DNA from: Eledone cirrhosa
Lineage: Eukaryota
Reading direction: 5' to 3'
Assembly (NCBI GenBank): GCA_964016885.1
Contig: OZ024742.1
Span: 347,014,001-347,078,000 of the forward strand
Length of the DNA stretch: 64,000 nt
Below are positions 11,248 through 25,226 of the stretch, piece after piece. A program made the translations under genes and the position numbers. Position 1 is the stretch's first letter; each line of letters starts with the position of its first letter. The notes beneath the pieces were generated by a model that ran no database searches, had not been told where the DNA came from, and was given only the letters and a program-made list of their open reading frames with translations.

Positions 11248-14200
11248 GCACGGCACAGTCTCCTCTGACCCTCCCTAATAACCGTGTGTTTTTCATCACA
11301 GACACTGAGTCGCAAGCACGTTGTCTGATCGACACCGGCGCGGCTTGTAGCATTTGGCCGCTAAAACTTCTCAAAGAGAAGCCCCAACTCTCAACCGTCT
11401 CTCTGCAAGCAGTAAACCAGTCACCGATCCCCACGTACGGTCAGATTTCTCGTTCTTTGAACCTGGAATTGCGTAGAGATTTCACGTGGATCTTCACTGT
11501 TGCTGATCTGCCTTACCCCATCCTAGGCTCAGATTTCCTGCACCACTATAACTTGATAGTGGATATGCGCAGACGCCGGTTGTTGGATGCCAACACAGAA
11601 CTGTCTGTGCCGGGTACCAGATCGACTGTCTCGTCGGTCAGCCCGGTCTTCTTTATCGCTGCTACAGAAAATCCTTACCAATCACTTTTGCATTCCTTCC
11701 CGGAATTAACAAATTTGAATTTTGTGATGAGTGAGCCTACTCACTCCACCAAGCACCACATTGAAACATCCGGAGCTCCTGTGTTTTCGCGCCCTCGCCG
11801 TCTCTCTGCTGAGAAACTGAAGGCCGCAAAGGCTGAATTCAATCACATGCTGCAGCTCGGGATCATTCGCCCATCCTCAAGCCCGTGGGCCGCACCCTTG
11901 CATTTGGTACCAAAGCGTTCCGGTGATTGGCGTCCCACTGGGGACTTTCGCCGGTTAAATGCAATGACGGTACCCGACCGCTACCCGATACCACACATAC
12001 AGGATTTTGCATCTTCGCTGCATGGATGCAACATATTCTCCAAATTGGATTTGGTCAAAGCATACCACCAAATCCCGGTGAACCCGGCAGACATACCTAA
12101 AACTGCAGTAACAACTCCATTTGGAGCGTTTGAATTTTTGACCATGCCTTTCGGTTTGCGAAACGCAGCCAGCACGTTCCAACGATTTATGGATGAAGTT
12201 GTGCGCGATTTAGACTTCGTGTACAACTACATCGACGACATTCTTGTGGCAAGTGCCTCACCTGAGGAACATGTCAATCACCTCCGTCTCCTGTTCGAGA
12301 GATTTCAAAAATACCAAGTGAGAATTAATCCGGCAAAATGTGTTTTCGGTGCTTCCTCACTTGTCTTCTTGGGCCATGTCATCAGCCCAGAAGGAATTTC
12401 GCCACTACCTGATAAAGTGAAAGCGGTACAAGACCTCCAACCACCCACTTCACTTCGTCAACTACGACATTTCCTTGGGCTACTGAACTATTACAGGCGC
12501 TTTATCCCACACTGTGCGGATCTCCTGTCTCCTCTGTCCGACCTGTTACGTAACAGGAAAAAGAAGAACGATTCCATTTCATTGGACACGAATCAGCTAA
12601 AAGCCTTCGACGAAGTGAAGCGGAAGCTTGCGGAGACATCACTGCTTGCACATCCTGTGTCTGGTGCCCAGTTTTCACTGGTTGTTGATGCATCAGGCAC
12701 AGCTGTAGGTGCAGTACTGCAACAACATCACCAACAACAGTTACAACCTCTTGCCTACTTTTCTAAACAGCTGAAGCCTGCAGAAACACGGTATAGCACA
12801 TTCGGCCGTGAACTCTTGGCTATGTACCTTGCAGTGAAACACTTTCGGCATTCACTGGAGGGTCGCCAATTTGTTATATACACTGACCACCGTCCGCTTA
12901 CGTTCGCACTGCGTTCTAAGCCGGACAAATATTCACCTCGCGAAACTCGCCACTTGGACTTCGTTTCGCAATTTACCAGCGATATCCGACACATCTCTGG
13001 TGAACAGAATGCGGCGGCAGATGCACTGTCTCGCCTCCCAATTAATTCCCTGTCATCGCCAGCGGAAATCGACCTCCAACGAATGGCCACAGAACAACCA
13101 CCTCTGGATACTTTGGACCTCTCGTCTTCTGAATTTGCAACTGGCAAATTTGCATATCTGCCTGTGCCCACTTCGGACACACAGATTATCTGCGACACCT
13201 CGACAGATGCACCTCGCCCTCTAGTGCCAGTGACTCATCGTCGAGCAGTTTTCGACACCTTGCACGGTCTGGCACACCCTGGAATATCGACCACAGTGAA
13301 GCTCATTTCGGCTAGATTCTTCTGGCCTAATATGAGGCGTGACATCACTGCCTGGACACGTTCCTGCCTATCCTGCCAAAAGTCAAAGGTGCACAAACAC
13401 ATCCGCGCACCCCTTGGAACTTTCAGCACTCCAGACGCTAGGTTCAGCCATGTCCATATATATCTTGTCGGACCATGGCCGGTCAGCCGAGGATTTACAT
13501 ACCTCCTGACCTGCATAGATCGCTTCACACGTTGGCCTGAGGCCATTCCTTTAAGTGACATTTCGGCGGAATCTGTGGCGCGAGCTCTAGTATCGGGTTG
13601 GATATTGCGTTACGGAGTTCCAGCCACTATCACCACTGACCGCGGTGGACAATTTGAGTCACACCTTTTCCGAGAGCTTTCAAGGATCCTGGGAATGCAA
13701 CGCATTCGAACGACCAGCTACCATCCAGCTTCTAACGGAATGATTGAACGCTTCCACCGCCAATTGAAAGCCGCACTGCGCGCTTATCCGGATCAGCAGC
13801 GGTGGAGCGAATATGTACCAATTGTCCTCCTGGGCTGTCGTGCAGCCATCAAGGAAGATCTAGGCTACTCCCCCGCCGAGTTGGTTTACGGAGTGCCTAT
13901 ATCTCTGCCTGGTCAGATGTTAGCTCCATTGGACCTACCAGCAACAGACCCAGCTCTGTATGTGAGCAGACTGCAATCATATTTCAGCAATCTTCCGCCT
14001 ATGCACCCTCGCCAAAAGACAATCAAATCTTCGGTCCCGAAAGACATTGCTTCATGGACCCACGTCTTTTTACGAAAGGACGCCGTGAGAGCTCCTCTCA
14101 TGCCACCTTATACCGGTCCCTATCGCGTGCTTGAGCGCACAGATAAGCTATTCACCTTAGACATTGGGGGTAAAAAAGAGACTGTGTCCATTGACAGGGT

Positions 14201-14384
14201 AAAACGGGCTTATACAGACACTCTCACACAAGAGCCCCATTTTCCCCCCACATACACCTGGCATCAGCCAAGCCACAATACACATATAACATCGCACACA
14301 CCTACACCTACATATGTCACCACCACACGTAGCGGTCGGCGAGTACATTGGCCCAAGAAGCTTTGCAAGACTCTTTATATATGA
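11205..14384 (+). CDS. pol: Pol, unit 3; full length but integrase catalytic Asp changed to Tyr
   Basis: HIDLV becomes HIYLV (GAT>TAT at 13461). Confidence 0.9.
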   Translation: MYIFGPGKQISGDLSTAQSPLTLPNNRVFFITDTESQARCLIDTGAACSIWPLKLLKEKPQLSTVSLQAVNQSPIPTYGQISRSLNLELRRDFTWIFTVADLPYPILGSDFLHHYNLIVDMRRRRLLDANTELSVPGTRSTVSSVSPVFFIAATENPYQSLLHSFPELTNLNFVMSEPTHSTKHHIETSGAPVFSRPRRLSAEKLKAAKAEFNHMLQLGIIRPSSSPWAAPLHLVPKRSGDWRPTGDFRRLNAMTVPDRYPIPHIQDFASSLHGCNIFSKLDLVKAYHQIPVNPADIPKTAVTTPFGAFEFLTMPFGLRNAASTFQRFMDEVVRDLDFVYNYIDDILVASASPEEHVNHLRLLFERFQKYQVRINPAKCVFGASSLVFLGHVISPEGISPLPDKVKAVQDLQPPTSLRQLRHFLGLLNYYRRFIPHCADLLSPLSDLLRNRKKKNDSISLDTNQLKAFDEVKRKLAETSLLAHPVSGAQFSLVVDASGTAVGAVLQQHHQQQLQPLAYFSKQLKPAETRYSTFGRELLAMYLAVKHFRHSLEGRQFVIYTDHRPLTFALRSKPDKYSPRETRHLDFVSQFTSDIRHISGEQNAAADALSRLPINSLSSPAEIDLQRMATEQPPLDTLDLSSSEFATGKFAYLPVPTSDTQIICDTSTDAPRPLVPVTHRRAVFDTLHGLAHPGISTTVKLISARFFWPNMRRDITAWTRSCLSCQKSKVHKHIRAPLGTFSTPDARFSHVHIYLVGPWPVSRGFTYLLTCIDRFTRWPEAIPLSDISAESVARALVSGWILRYGVPATITTDRGGQFESHLFRELSRILGMQRIRTTSYHPASNGMIERFHRQLKAALRAYPDQQRWSEYVPIVLLGCRAAIKEDLGYSPAELVYGVPISLPGQMLAPLDLPATDPALYVSRLQSYFSNLPPMHPRQKTIKSSVPKDIASWTHVFLRKDAVRAPLMPPYTGPYRVLERTDKLFTLDIGGKKETVSIDRVKRAYTDTLTQEPHFPPTYTWHQPSHNTHITSHTPTPTYVTTTRSGRRVHWPKKLCKTLYI

Positions 14385-14606
14385 ACTATGTTATTTACAG
14401 CAATCTTCTTGGAGTTTGCTCCGCCCTTGTATTTGTATTAAATGTATGAACTAAGGTGAACATTACACTATTTCTGACTTTCCTGTAATATGAACATTTC
14501 TTTATCAGTGATATATTTTATTGTGTTTACTATTATATAGTACTTTTTCTTTCATTCAACTGCTACCCTTATTTCTCTGTCGGCTGTAAGCCTAAGCAGG
14601 GGGTGA

Positions 14607-15008
14607 TGTAGCAGTGAATGAAATGTATTTTCCTTCTGCGGCGGAATGGTGTTACGGAGGTAAGTTGGCTGAAGTGTGAGCCAATCGAAACCTTCGGTGC
14701 ACTAATTGGACTGTCCAGAACTACGTCACCAGGTGAGCGGAGGTAACCAAGAGAGACATTAGTCTACACGCACCTCTCTTATCGACAAGACCAGGCTACA
14801 CTCATCGCTGCTAACAACATCTCCATCTTGCAATGAAGCGGACCAAACTACATCCTACACATGTAGATACGACCTGTACCTAATGTATCCGTTCAACATG
14901 TACGACTAATAAATAGAGTTACAACATCGATAATGGATTTAGTCAATGTTCTAAATGCCTTCTGATTTCTATTATGTATACCAAGAATTGACCCTAAAAC
15001 CCGTTATA
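14607..15008 (+). repeat. LTR 3
   Basis: Copy of LTR 1. Confidence 0.9.
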
Positions 15009-15648
15009 AATGGTGACCCGAACGTTTAAGGACATCAACACAGAAGAAACCACATCTTTCCGTTGCAACGAACACATCAACATTTCGCATCCCCCCCCCC
15101 AAAAAAAAAACAAAGCCACTCGCCTTTTCTCGGGGTATGTACGCGATTAGCTTGAGTCCTAATATGTATTTGATATATTGTCTTATTGTTACTAAATCTG
15201 CACATCACACCTTCACTTTCTAACATCACCGAACACATGCGTTAATACAAAAATCTTATTTTTTCCTCTCAATTTCTGATTGGGCGACGCTATAAAAAAA
15301 ACAAAAAAAAAACAAAAAAAAAACTGTTGGCGCCGATAGCCAGTCAGAGCAAGATGGCCGACTTCCGTCTTCTTCAGCTGTTTTCCCGCCAAAATGACGG
15401 AGGCAACGCCATTTTGAAAAGTACACAAAAAGAAAAAAAAAAAAAAGAAAATAATAGGACAAAGATAAATCATAATTTTTTTTTTTAAAGCTTGACGTTT
15501 TTCCCTCCAACATTGTTTTTGATATATTTTTCTTTTTCTGTCTTTCACTCGGATTATATTTTTTCTTGGCCTGAATTTTCACTTTTGTCTCGGTGACAAG
15601 TGCAGAGTTGTCCTTTCTTTGCCCTTTGCTTTTACATCAGTATACACA

Positions 15649-16557
15649 ATGGGTAGCACTTCATTGCCACCGTTTACCGGTGACGTCACTGTCTGGTTCG
15701 CCCAGATAGAAGCACATTTCACAGCGAATAACATCACCAGTGACCACAGACAGTTAAATCTCCTGTTAAGCGCTTTTCCAGCGTCATTGACGTCGGTCGT
15801 CAAAGACTTAATTACAGATCCTCGCCCTGGGGCCACCTATGAGAGCGTGAAGCTCGAAGTGTTGCGGCGGACCACATTGTCCGCAGAAAAAAAATTTCAG
15901 ACGCTCGTCAATGACGAACATTTGGGTGATCGGACGCCCACACAACTACTGCGTCGGATGAGAGAGCTGGCGGAAGATGCCCCAGCTGACAGTGCCCTCC
16001 TTAGACAGCTTTTTGTCTCAAGGCTACCCCCCGGAGTTCAGGCGATCTTAGCGCCCATGATGGAGGCTGCTCCTGTCGACCAGCTAGCGGCTTCGGCCGA
16101 CAGGGTTATGAGTGTCATCGGACACCCAGCCTCATTTGCCCCCTTCCAGGCACCTCAGCCACCGGCTGCGGTCAATCCGTTCTCTCCTGCCTCCTTCCAG
16201 GCACCCCAGCCACCGGCTGCGGTCAATCCGTTCGCTCCTGTCTCCTTCAATGCATCCCAGCCGCCGACTGCGGTCGCTTCCTTCACTCCAGCGGCTGCCA
16301 GTTATACCGACCAGTCACTTGCAAATGCAGCAATGCTGCAAGCAATAGAGCACCTAACCAAGGAAGTGAGAAAACTAAGCACTCACAGGGCTCATTCGCC
16401 CAGACGCCGTTTCCAGAGCCGTTCACCCTCGCCACGACGCCGTCACACAGGCAGTTCAGGTTTGTGTTACTACCACAGCCGTTTTGGCGCAGCAGCACGC
16501 TCCTGTAAACAGCCTTGTACATTTTCGGACCAGGGAAACAGATTTCAGGAGACCTGA
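15649..16557 (+). CDS. gag: Gag, unit 4
   Basis: As unit 2 with Q>H. Confidence 0.9.
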   Translation: MGSTSLPPFTGDVTVWFAQIEAHFTANNITSDHRQLNLLLSAFPASLTSVVKDLITDPRPGATYESVKLEVLRRTTLSAEKKFQTLVNDEHLGDRTPTQLLRRMRELAEDAPADSALLRQLFVSRLPPGVQAILAPMMEAAPVDQLAASADRVMSVIGHPASFAPFQAPQPPAAVNPFSPASFQAPQPPAAVNPFAPVSFNASQPPTAVASFTPAAASYTDQSLANAAMLQAIEHLTKEVRKLSTHRAHSPRRRFQSRSPSPRRRHTGSSGLCYYHSRFGAAARSCKQPCTFSDQGNRFQET

Positions 16558-19500
16558 GCACGGCACAGTCTCCTCTGACCCTCCCTAATAACCGTGTGTT
16601 TTTCATCACAGACACTGAGTCGCAAGCACGTTGTCTGATCGACACCGGCGCGGCTTGTAGCATTTGGCCGCTAAAACTTCTCAAAGAGAAGCCCCAACTC
16701 TCAACCGTCTCTCTGCAAGCAGTAAACCAGTCACCGATCCCCACGTACGGTCAGATTTCTCGTTCTTTGAACCTGGAATTGCGTAGAGATTTCACGTGGA
16801 TCTTCACTGTTGCTGATCTGCCTTACCCCATCCTAGGCTCAGATTTCCTGCACCACTATAACTTGATAGTGGATATGCGCAGACGCCGGTTGTTGGATGC
16901 CAACACAGAACTGTCTGTGCCGGGTACCAGATCGACTGTCTCGTCGGTCAGCCCGGTCTTCTTTATCGCTGCTACAGAAAATCCTTACCAATCACTTTTG
17001 CATTCCTTCCCGGAATTAACAAATTTGAATTTTGTGATGAGTGAGCCTACTCACTCCACCAAGCACCACATTGAAACATCCGGAGCTCCTGTGTTTTCGC
17101 GCCCTCGCCATTCTCTGCTGAGAAACTGAAGGCCGCAAAGGCTGAATTCAATCACATGCTGCAGCTCGGGATCATTCGCCCATCCTCAAGCCCGTGGGCC
17201 GCACCCTTGCATTTGGTACCAAAGCGTTCCGGTGATTGGCGTCCCACTGGGGACTTTCGCCGGTTAAATGCAATGACGGTACCCGACCACTACCCGATAC
17301 CACACATACAGGATTTTGCATCTTCGCTGCATGGATGCAACATATTCTCCAAATTGGATTTGGTCAAAGCATACCACCAAATCCCGGTGAACCCGGCAGA
17401 CATACCTAAAACTGCAGTAACAACTCCATTTGGAGCGTTTGAATTTTTGACCATGCCTTTCGGTTTGCGAAACGCAGCCAGCACGTTCCAACGATTTATG
17501 GATGAAGTTGTGCGCGATTTAGACTTCGTGTACAACTACATCGACGACATTCTTGTGGCAAGTGCCTCACCTGAGGAACATGTCAATCACCTCCGTCTCC
17601 TGTTCGAGAGATTTCAAAAATACCAAGTGAGAATTAATCCGGCAAAATGTGTTTTCGGTGCTTCCTCACTTGTCTTCTTGGGCCATGTCATCAGCCCAGA
17701 AGGAATTTCGCCACTACCTGATAAAGTGAAAGCGGTACAAGACCTCCAACCACCCACTTCACTTCGTCAACTACGACATTTCCTTGGGCTACTGAACTAT
17801 TACAGGCGCTTTATCCCACACTGTGCGGATCTCCTGTCTCCTCTGTCCGACCTGTTACGTAACAGGAAAAAGAAGAACGATTCCATTTCATTGGACACGA
17901 ATCAGCTAAAAGCCTTCGACGAAGTGAAGCGGAAGCTTGCGGAGACATCACTGCTTGCACATCCTGTGTCTGGTGCCCAGTTTTCACTGGTTGTTGATGC
18001 ATCAGGCACAGCTGTAGGTGCAGTACTGCAACAACATCACCAACAACAGTTACAACCTCTTGCCTACTTTTCTAAACAGCTGAAGCCTGCAGAAACACGG
18101 TATAGCACATTCGGCCGTGAACTCTTGGCTATGTACCTTGCAGTGAAACACTTTCGGCATTCACTGGAGGGTCGCCAATTTGTTATATACACTGACCACC
18201 GTCCGCTTACGTTCGCACTGCGTTCTAAGCCGGACAAATATTCACCTCGCGAAACTCGCCACTTGGACTTCGTTTCGCAATTTACCAGCGATATCCGACA
18301 CATCTCTGGTGAACAGAATGCGGCGGCAGATGCACTGTCTCGCCTCCCAATTAATTCCCTGTCATCGCCAGCGGAAATCGACCTCCAACGAATGGCCACA
18401 GAACAACCACCTCTGGATACTTTGGACCTCTCGTCTTCTGAATTTGCAACTGGCAAATTTGCATATCTGCCTGTGCCCACTTCGGACACACAGATTATCT
18501 GCGACACCTCGACAGATGCACCTCGCCCTCTAGTGCCAGTGACTCATCGTCGAGCAGTTTTCGACACCTTGCACGGTCTGGCACACCCTGGAATATCGAC
18601 CACAGTGAAGCTCATTTCGGCTAGATTCTTCTGGCCTAATATGAGGCGTGACATCACTGCCTGGACACGTTCCTGCCTATCCTGCCAAAAGTCAAAGGTG
18701 CACAAACACATCCGCGCACCCCTTGGAACTTTCAGCACTCCAGACGCTAGGTTCAGCCATGTCCATATAGATCTTGTCGGACCATGGCCGGTCAGCCGAG
18801 GATTTACATACCTCCTGACCTGCATAGATCGCTTCACACGTTGGCCTGAGGCCATTCCTTTAAGTGACATTTCGGCGGAATCTGTGGCGCGAGCTCTAGT
18901 ATCGGGTTGGATATCGCGTTACGGAGTTCCAGCCACTATCACCACTGACCGCGGTGGACAATTTGAGTCACACCTTTTCCGAGAGCTTTCAAGGATCCTG
19001 GGAATGCAACGCATTCGAACGACCAGCTACCATCCAGCTTCTAACGGAATGATTGAACGCTTCCACCGCCAATTGAAAGCCGCACTGCGCGCTTATCCGG
19101 ATCAGCAGCGGTGGAGCGAATATGTACCAATTGTCCTCCTGGGCTGTCGTGCAGCCATCAAGGAAGATCTAGGCTACTCCCCCGCCGAGTTGGTTTACGG
19201 AGTGCCTATATCTCTGCCTGGTCAGATGTTAGCTCCATTGGACCTACCAGCAACAGACCCAGCTCTGTATGTGAGCAGACTGCAATCATATTTCAGCAAT
19301 CTTCCGCCTATGCACCCTCGCCAACAGACAATCAAATCTTCGGTCCCGAAAGACATTGCTTCATGGACCCACGTCTTTTTACGAAAGGACGCCGTGAGAG
19401 CTCCTCTCATGCCACCTTATACCGGTCCCTATCGCGTGCTTGAGCGCACAGATAAGCTATTCACCTTAGACATTGGGGGTAAAAAAGAGACTGTGTCCAT

Positions 19501-19693
19501 TGACAGGGTAAAACGGGCCTATACAGACACTCTCACACAAGAGCCCCATTTTCCCCCCACATACACCTGGCATCAGCCAAGCCACAATACACATATAACA
19601 TCGCACACACCTACACCTACATATGTCACCACCACACGTAGCGGTCGGCGAGTACATTGGCCCAAGAAGCTTTGCAAGACTCTTTATATATGA
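16515..19693 (+). pseudogene. pol: Pol, unit 4, split by a 1-nt deletion at ~17110
   Basis: cgccattctct versus cgccgtYtctct in other units; ORF breaks into 16515-17129 and 17156-19693. Confidence 0.85.
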
Positions 19694-19915
19694 ACTATGT
19701 TATTTACAGCAATCTTCTTGGAGTTTGCTCCGCCCTTGTATTTGTATTAAATGTATGAACTAAGGTGAACATTACACTATTTCTGACTTTCCTGTAATAT
19801 GAACATTTCTTTATCAGTGATATATTTTATTGTGTTTACTATTATATAGTACTTTTTCTTTCATTCAACTGCTACCCTTATTTCTCTGTCGGCTGTAAGC
19901 CTAAGCAGGGGGTGA

Positions 19916-20317
19916 TGTAGCAGTGAATGAAATGTATTTTCCTTCTGCGGCGGAATGGTGTTACGGAGGTAAGTTGGCTGAAGTGTGAGCCAATCGAAAC
20001 CTTCGGTGCACTAATTGGACTGTCCAGAACTACGTCACCAGGTGAGCGGAGGTAACCAAGAGAGACATTAGTCTACACGCACCTCTCTTATCGACAAGAC
20101 CAGGCTACACTCATCGCTGCTAACAACATCTCCATCTTGCAATGAAGCGGACCAAACTACATCCTACACATGTAGATACGACCTGTACCTAATGTATCCG
20201 TTCAACATGTACGACTAATAAATAGAGTTACAACATCGATAATGGATTTAGTCAATGTTCTAAATGCCTTCTGATTTCTATTATGTATACCAAGAATTGA
20301 CCCTAAAACCCGTTATA
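19916..20317 (+). repeat. LTR 4
   Basis: Copy of LTR 1. Confidence 0.9.
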
Positions 20318-20958
20318 AATGGTGACCCGAACGTTTAAGGACATCAACACAGAAGAAACCACATCTTTCCGTTGCAACGAACACATCAACATTTCGCATC
20401 CCCCCCCCCCAAAAAAAAAACAAAGCCACTCGCCTTTTCTCGGGGTATGTACGCGATTAGCTTGAGTCCTAATATGTATTTGATATATTGTCTTATTGTT
20501 ACTAAATCTGCACATCACACCTTCACTTTCTAACATCACCGAACACATGCGTTAATACAAAAATCTTATTTTTTCCTCTCAATTTCTGATTGGGCGACGC
20601 TATAAAAAAAACAAAAAAAAAACAAAAAAAAAACTGTTGGCGCCGATAGCCAGTCAGAGCAAGATGGCCGACTTCCGTCTTCTTCAGCTGTTTTCCCGCC
20701 AAAATGACGGAGGCAACGCCATTTTGAAAAGTACACAAAAAGAAAAAAAAAAAAAAGAAAATAATAGGACAAAGATAAATCATAATTTTTTTTTTTAAAG
20801 CTTGACGTTTTTCCCTCCAACATTGTTTTTGATATATTTTTCTTTTTCTGTCTTTCACTCGGATTATATTTTTTCTTGGCCTGAATTTTCACTTTTGTCT
20901 CGGTGACAAGTGCAGAGTTGTCCTTTCTTTGCCCTTTGCTTTTACATCAGTATACACA

Positions 20959-21867
20959 ATGGGTAGCACTTCATTGCCACCGTTTACCGGTGACGTCACT
21001 GTCTGGTTCGCCCAGATAGAAGCACATTTCACAGCGAATAACATCACCAGTGACCACAGACAGTTAAATCTCCTGTTAAGCGCTTTTCCAGCGTCATTGA
21101 CGTCGGTCGTCAAAGACTTAATTACAGATCCTCGCCCTGGGGCCACCTATGAGAGCGTGAAGCTCGAAGTGTTGCGGCGGACCACATTGTCCGCAGAAAA
21201 AAAATTTCAGACGCTCGTCAATGACGAACATTTGGGTGATCGGACGCCCACACAACTACTGCGTCGGATGAGAGAGCTGGCGGAAGATGCCCCAGCTGAC
21301 AGTGCCCTCCTTAGACAGCTTTTTGTCTCAAGGCTACTCCCCGGAGTTCAGGCGATCTTAGCGCCCATGATGGAGGCTGCTCCTGTCGACCAGCTAGCGG
21401 CTTCGGCCGACAGGGTTATGAGTGTCATCGGACACCCAGCCTCATTTGCCCCCTTCCAGGCACCTCAGCCACCGGCTGCGGTCAATCCGTTCTCTCCTGC
21501 CTCCTTCCAGGCACCCCAGCCACCGGCTGCGGTCAATCCGTTCGCTCCTGTCTCCTTCAATGCATCCCAGCCGCCGACTGCGGTCGCTTCCTTCACTCCA
21601 GCGGCTGCCAGTTATACCGACCAGTCACTTGCAAATGCAGCAATGCTGCAAGCAATAGAGCAGCTAACCAAGGAAGTGAGAAAACTAAGCACTCACAGGG
21701 CTCATTCGCCCAGACGCCGTTTCCAGAGCCGTTCACCCTCGCCACGACGCCGTCACACAGGCAGTTCAGGTTTGTGTTACTACCACAGCCGTTTTGGCGC
21801 AGCAGCACGCTCCTGTAAACAGCCTTGTACATTTTCGGACCAGGGAAACAGATTTCAGGAGACCTGA
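20959..21867 (+). CDS. gag: Gag, unit 5
   Basis: As unit 2 with P>L. Confidence 0.9.
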   Translation: MGSTSLPPFTGDVTVWFAQIEAHFTANNITSDHRQLNLLLSAFPASLTSVVKDLITDPRPGATYESVKLEVLRRTTLSAEKKFQTLVNDEHLGDRTPTQLLRRMRELAEDAPADSALLRQLFVSRLLPGVQAILAPMMEAAPVDQLAASADRVMSVIGHPASFAPFQAPQPPAAVNPFSPASFQAPQPPAAVNPFAPVSFNASQPPTAVASFTPAAASYTDQSLANAAMLQAIEQLTKEVRKLSTHRAHSPRRRFQSRSPSPRRRHTGSSGLCYYHSRFGAAARSCKQPCTFSDQGNRFQET

Positions 21868-24800
21868 GCACGGCACAGTCTCCTCTGACCCTCCCTAATA
21901 ACCGTGTGTTTTTCATCACAGACACTGAGTCGCAAGCACGTTGTCTGATCGACACCGGCGCGGCTTGTAGCATTTGGCCGCTAAAACTTCTCAAAGAGAA
22001 GCCCCAACTCTCAACCGTCTCTCTGCAAGCAGTAAACCAGTCACCGATCCCCACGTACGGTCAGATTTCTCGTTCTTTGAACCTGGAATTGCGTAGAGAT
22101 TTCACGTGGATCTTCACTGTTGCTGATCTGCCTTACCCCATCCTAGGCTCAGATTTCCTGCACCACTATAACTTGATAGTGGATATGCGCAGACGCCGGT
22201 TGTTGGATGCCAACACAGAACTGTCTGTGCCGGGTACCAGATCGACTGTCTCGTCGGTCAGCCCGGTCTTCTTTATCGCTGCTACAGAAAATCCTTACCA
22301 ATCACTTTTGCATTCCTTCCCGGAATTAACAAATTTGAATTTTGTGATGAGTGAGCCTACTCACTCCACCAAGCACCACATTGAAACATCCGGAGCTCCT
22401 GTGTTTTCGCGCCCTCGCCGTCTCTCTGCTGAGAAACTGAAGGCCGCAAAGGCTGAATTCAATCACATGCTGCAGCTCGGGATCATTCGCCCATCCTCAA
22501 GCCCGTGGGCCGCACCCTTGCATTTGGTACCAAAGCGTTCCGGTGATTGGCGTCCCACTGGGGACTTTCGCCGGTTAAATGCAATGACGGTACCCGACCG
22601 CTACCCGATACCACACATACAGGATTTTGCATCTTCGCTGCATGGATGCAACATATTCTCCAAATTGGATTTGGTCAAAGCATACCACCAAATCCCGGTG
22701 AACCCGGCAGACATACCTAAAACTGCAGTAACAACTCCATTTGGAGCGTTTGAATTTTTGACCATGCCTTTCGGTTTGCGAAACGCAGCCAGCACGTTCC
22801 AACGATTTATGGATGAAGTTGTGCGCGATTTAGACTTCGTGTACAACTACATCGACGACATTCTTGTGGCAAGTGCCTCACCTGAGGAACATGTCAATCA
22901 CCTCCGTCTCCTGTTCGAGAGATTTCAAAAATACCAAGTGAGAATTAATCCGGCAAAATGTGTTTTCGGTGCTTCCTCACTTGTCTTCTTGGGCCATGTC
23001 ATCAGCCCAGAAGGAATTTCGCCACTACCTGATAAAGTGAAAGCGGTACAAGACCTCCAACCACCCACTTCACTTCGTCAACTACGACATTTCCTTGGGC
23101 TACTGAACTATTACAGGCGCTTTATCCCACACTGTGCGGATCTCCTGTCTCCTCTGTCCGACCTGTTACGTAACAGGAAAAAGAAGAACGATTCCATTTC
23201 ATTGGACACGAATCAGCTAAAAGCCTTCGACGAAGTGAAGCGGAAGCTTGCGGAGACATCACTGCTTGCACATCCTGTGTCTGGTGCCCAGTTTTCACTG
23301 GTTGTTGATGCATCAGGCACAGCTGTAGGTGCAGTACTGCAACAACATCACCAACAACAGTTACAACCTCTTGCCTACTTTTCTAAACAGCTGAAGCCTG
23401 CAGAAACACGGTATAGCACATTCGGCCGTGAACTCTTGGCTATGTACCTTGCAGTGAAACACTTTCGGCATTCACTGGAGGGTCGCCAATTTGTTATATA
23501 CACTGACCACCGTCCGCTTACGTTCGCACTGCGTTCTAAGCCGGACAAATATTCACCTCGCGAAACTCGCCACTTGGACTTCGTTTCGCAATTTACCAGC
23601 GATATCCGACACATCTCTGGTGAACAGAATGCGGCGGCAGATGCACTGTCTCGCCTCCCAATTAATTCCCTGTCATCGCCAGCGGAAATCGACCTCCAAC
23701 GAATGGCCACAGAACAACCACCTCTGGATACTTTGGACCTCTCGTCTTCTGAATTTGCAACTGGCAAATTTGCATATCTGCCTGTGCCCACTTCGGACAC
23801 ACAGATTATCTGCGACACCTCGACAGATGCACCTCGCCCTCTAGTGCCAGTGACTCATCGTCGAGCAGTTTTCGACACCTTGCACGGTCTGGCACACCCT
23901 GGAATATCGACCACAGTGAAGCTCATTTCGGCTAGATTCTTCTGGCCTAATATGAGGCGTGACATCACTGCCTGGACACGTTCCTGCCTATCCTGCCAAA
24001 AGTCAAAGGTGCACAAACACATCCGCGCACCCCTTGGAACTTTCAGCACTCCAGACGCTAGGTTCAGCCATGTCCATATAGATCTTGTCGGACCATGGCC
24101 GGTCAGCCGAGGATTTACATACCTCCTGACCTGCATAGATCGCTTCACACGTTGGCCTGAGGCCATTCCTTTAAGTGACATTTCGGCGGAATCTGTGGCG
24201 CGAGCTCTAGTATCGGGTTGGATATCGCGTTACGGAGTTCCAGCCACTATCACCACTGACCGCGGTGGACAATTTGAGTCACACCTTTTCCGAGAGCTTT
24301 CAAGGATCCTGGGAATGCAACGCATTCGAACGACCAGCTACCATCCAGCTTCTAACGGAATGATTGAACGCTTCCACCGCCAATTGAAAGCCGCACTGCG
24401 CGCTTATCCGGATCAGCAGCGGTGGAGCGAATATGTACCAATTGTCCTCCTGGGCTGTCGTGCAGCCATCAAGGAAGATCTAGGCTACTCCCCCGCCGAG
24501 TTGGTTTACGGAGTGCCTATATCTCTGCCTGGTCAGATGTTAGCTCCATTGGACCTACCAGCAACAGACCCAGCTCTGTATGTGAACAGACTGCAATCAT
24601 ATTTCAGCAATCTTCCGCCTATGCACACTCGCCAACAGACAATCAAATCTTCGGTCCCGAAAGACATTGCTTCATGGACCCACGTCTTTTTACGAAAGGA
24701 CGCCGTGAGAGCTCCTCTCATGCCACCTTATACCGGTCCCTATCGCGTGCTTGAGCGCACAGATAAGCTATTCACCTTAGACATTGGGGGTAAAAAAGAG

Positions 24801-25004
24801 ACTGTGTCCATTGACAGGGTAAAACGGGCCTATACAGACACTCTCACACAAGAGCCCCATTTTCCCCCCACATACACCTGGCATCAGCCAAGCCACAATA
24901 CACATATAACATCGCACACACCTACACCTACATATGTCACCACCACACGTAGCGGTCGGCGAGTACATTGGCCCAAGAAGCTTTGCAAGACTCTTTATAT
25001 ATGA
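21825..25004 (+). CDS. pol: Pol, unit 5, intact
   Basis: 1059-aa ORF with all catalytic motifs. Confidence 0.95.
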   Translation: MYIFGPGKQISGDLSTAQSPLTLPNNRVFFITDTESQARCLIDTGAACSIWPLKLLKEKPQLSTVSLQAVNQSPIPTYGQISRSLNLELRRDFTWIFTVADLPYPILGSDFLHHYNLIVDMRRRRLLDANTELSVPGTRSTVSSVSPVFFIAATENPYQSLLHSFPELTNLNFVMSEPTHSTKHHIETSGAPVFSRPRRLSAEKLKAAKAEFNHMLQLGIIRPSSSPWAAPLHLVPKRSGDWRPTGDFRRLNAMTVPDRYPIPHIQDFASSLHGCNIFSKLDLVKAYHQIPVNPADIPKTAVTTPFGAFEFLTMPFGLRNAASTFQRFMDEVVRDLDFVYNYIDDILVASASPEEHVNHLRLLFERFQKYQVRINPAKCVFGASSLVFLGHVISPEGISPLPDKVKAVQDLQPPTSLRQLRHFLGLLNYYRRFIPHCADLLSPLSDLLRNRKKKNDSISLDTNQLKAFDEVKRKLAETSLLAHPVSGAQFSLVVDASGTAVGAVLQQHHQQQLQPLAYFSKQLKPAETRYSTFGRELLAMYLAVKHFRHSLEGRQFVIYTDHRPLTFALRSKPDKYSPRETRHLDFVSQFTSDIRHISGEQNAAADALSRLPINSLSSPAEIDLQRMATEQPPLDTLDLSSSEFATGKFAYLPVPTSDTQIICDTSTDAPRPLVPVTHRRAVFDTLHGLAHPGISTTVKLISARFFWPNMRRDITAWTRSCLSCQKSKVHKHIRAPLGTFSTPDARFSHVHIDLVGPWPVSRGFTYLLTCIDRFTRWPEAIPLSDISAESVARALVSGWISRYGVPATITTDRGGQFESHLFRELSRILGMQRIRTTSYHPASNGMIERFHRQLKAALRAYPDQQRWSEYVPIVLLGCRAAIKEDLGYSPAELVYGVPISLPGQMLAPLDLPATDPALYVNRLQSYFSNLPPMHTRQQTIKSSVPKDIASWTHVFLRKDAVRAPLMPPYTGPYRVLERTDKLFTLDIGGKKETVSIDRVKRAYTDTLTQEPHFPPTYTWHQPSHNTHITSHTPTPTYVTTTRSGRRVHWPKKLCKTLYI

Positions 25005-25226
25005 ACTATGTTATTTACAGCAATCTTCTTGGAGTTTGCTCCGCCCTTGTATTTGTATTAAATGTATGAACTAAGGTGAACATTACACTATTTCTGACTT
25101 TCCTGTAATATGAACATTTCTTTATCAGTGATATATTTTATTGTGTTTACTATTATATAGTACTTTTTCTTTCATTCAACTGCTACTCTTATTTCTCTGT
25201 CGGCTGTAAGCCTAAGCAGGGGGTGA

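Noticed and set aside
336-24968. Recurrent small antisense and alternative-frame ORFs in each gypsy unit
   Set aside because: Shadows of pol repeated only because the unit is repeated; no recognisable domain and no env-like ORF.
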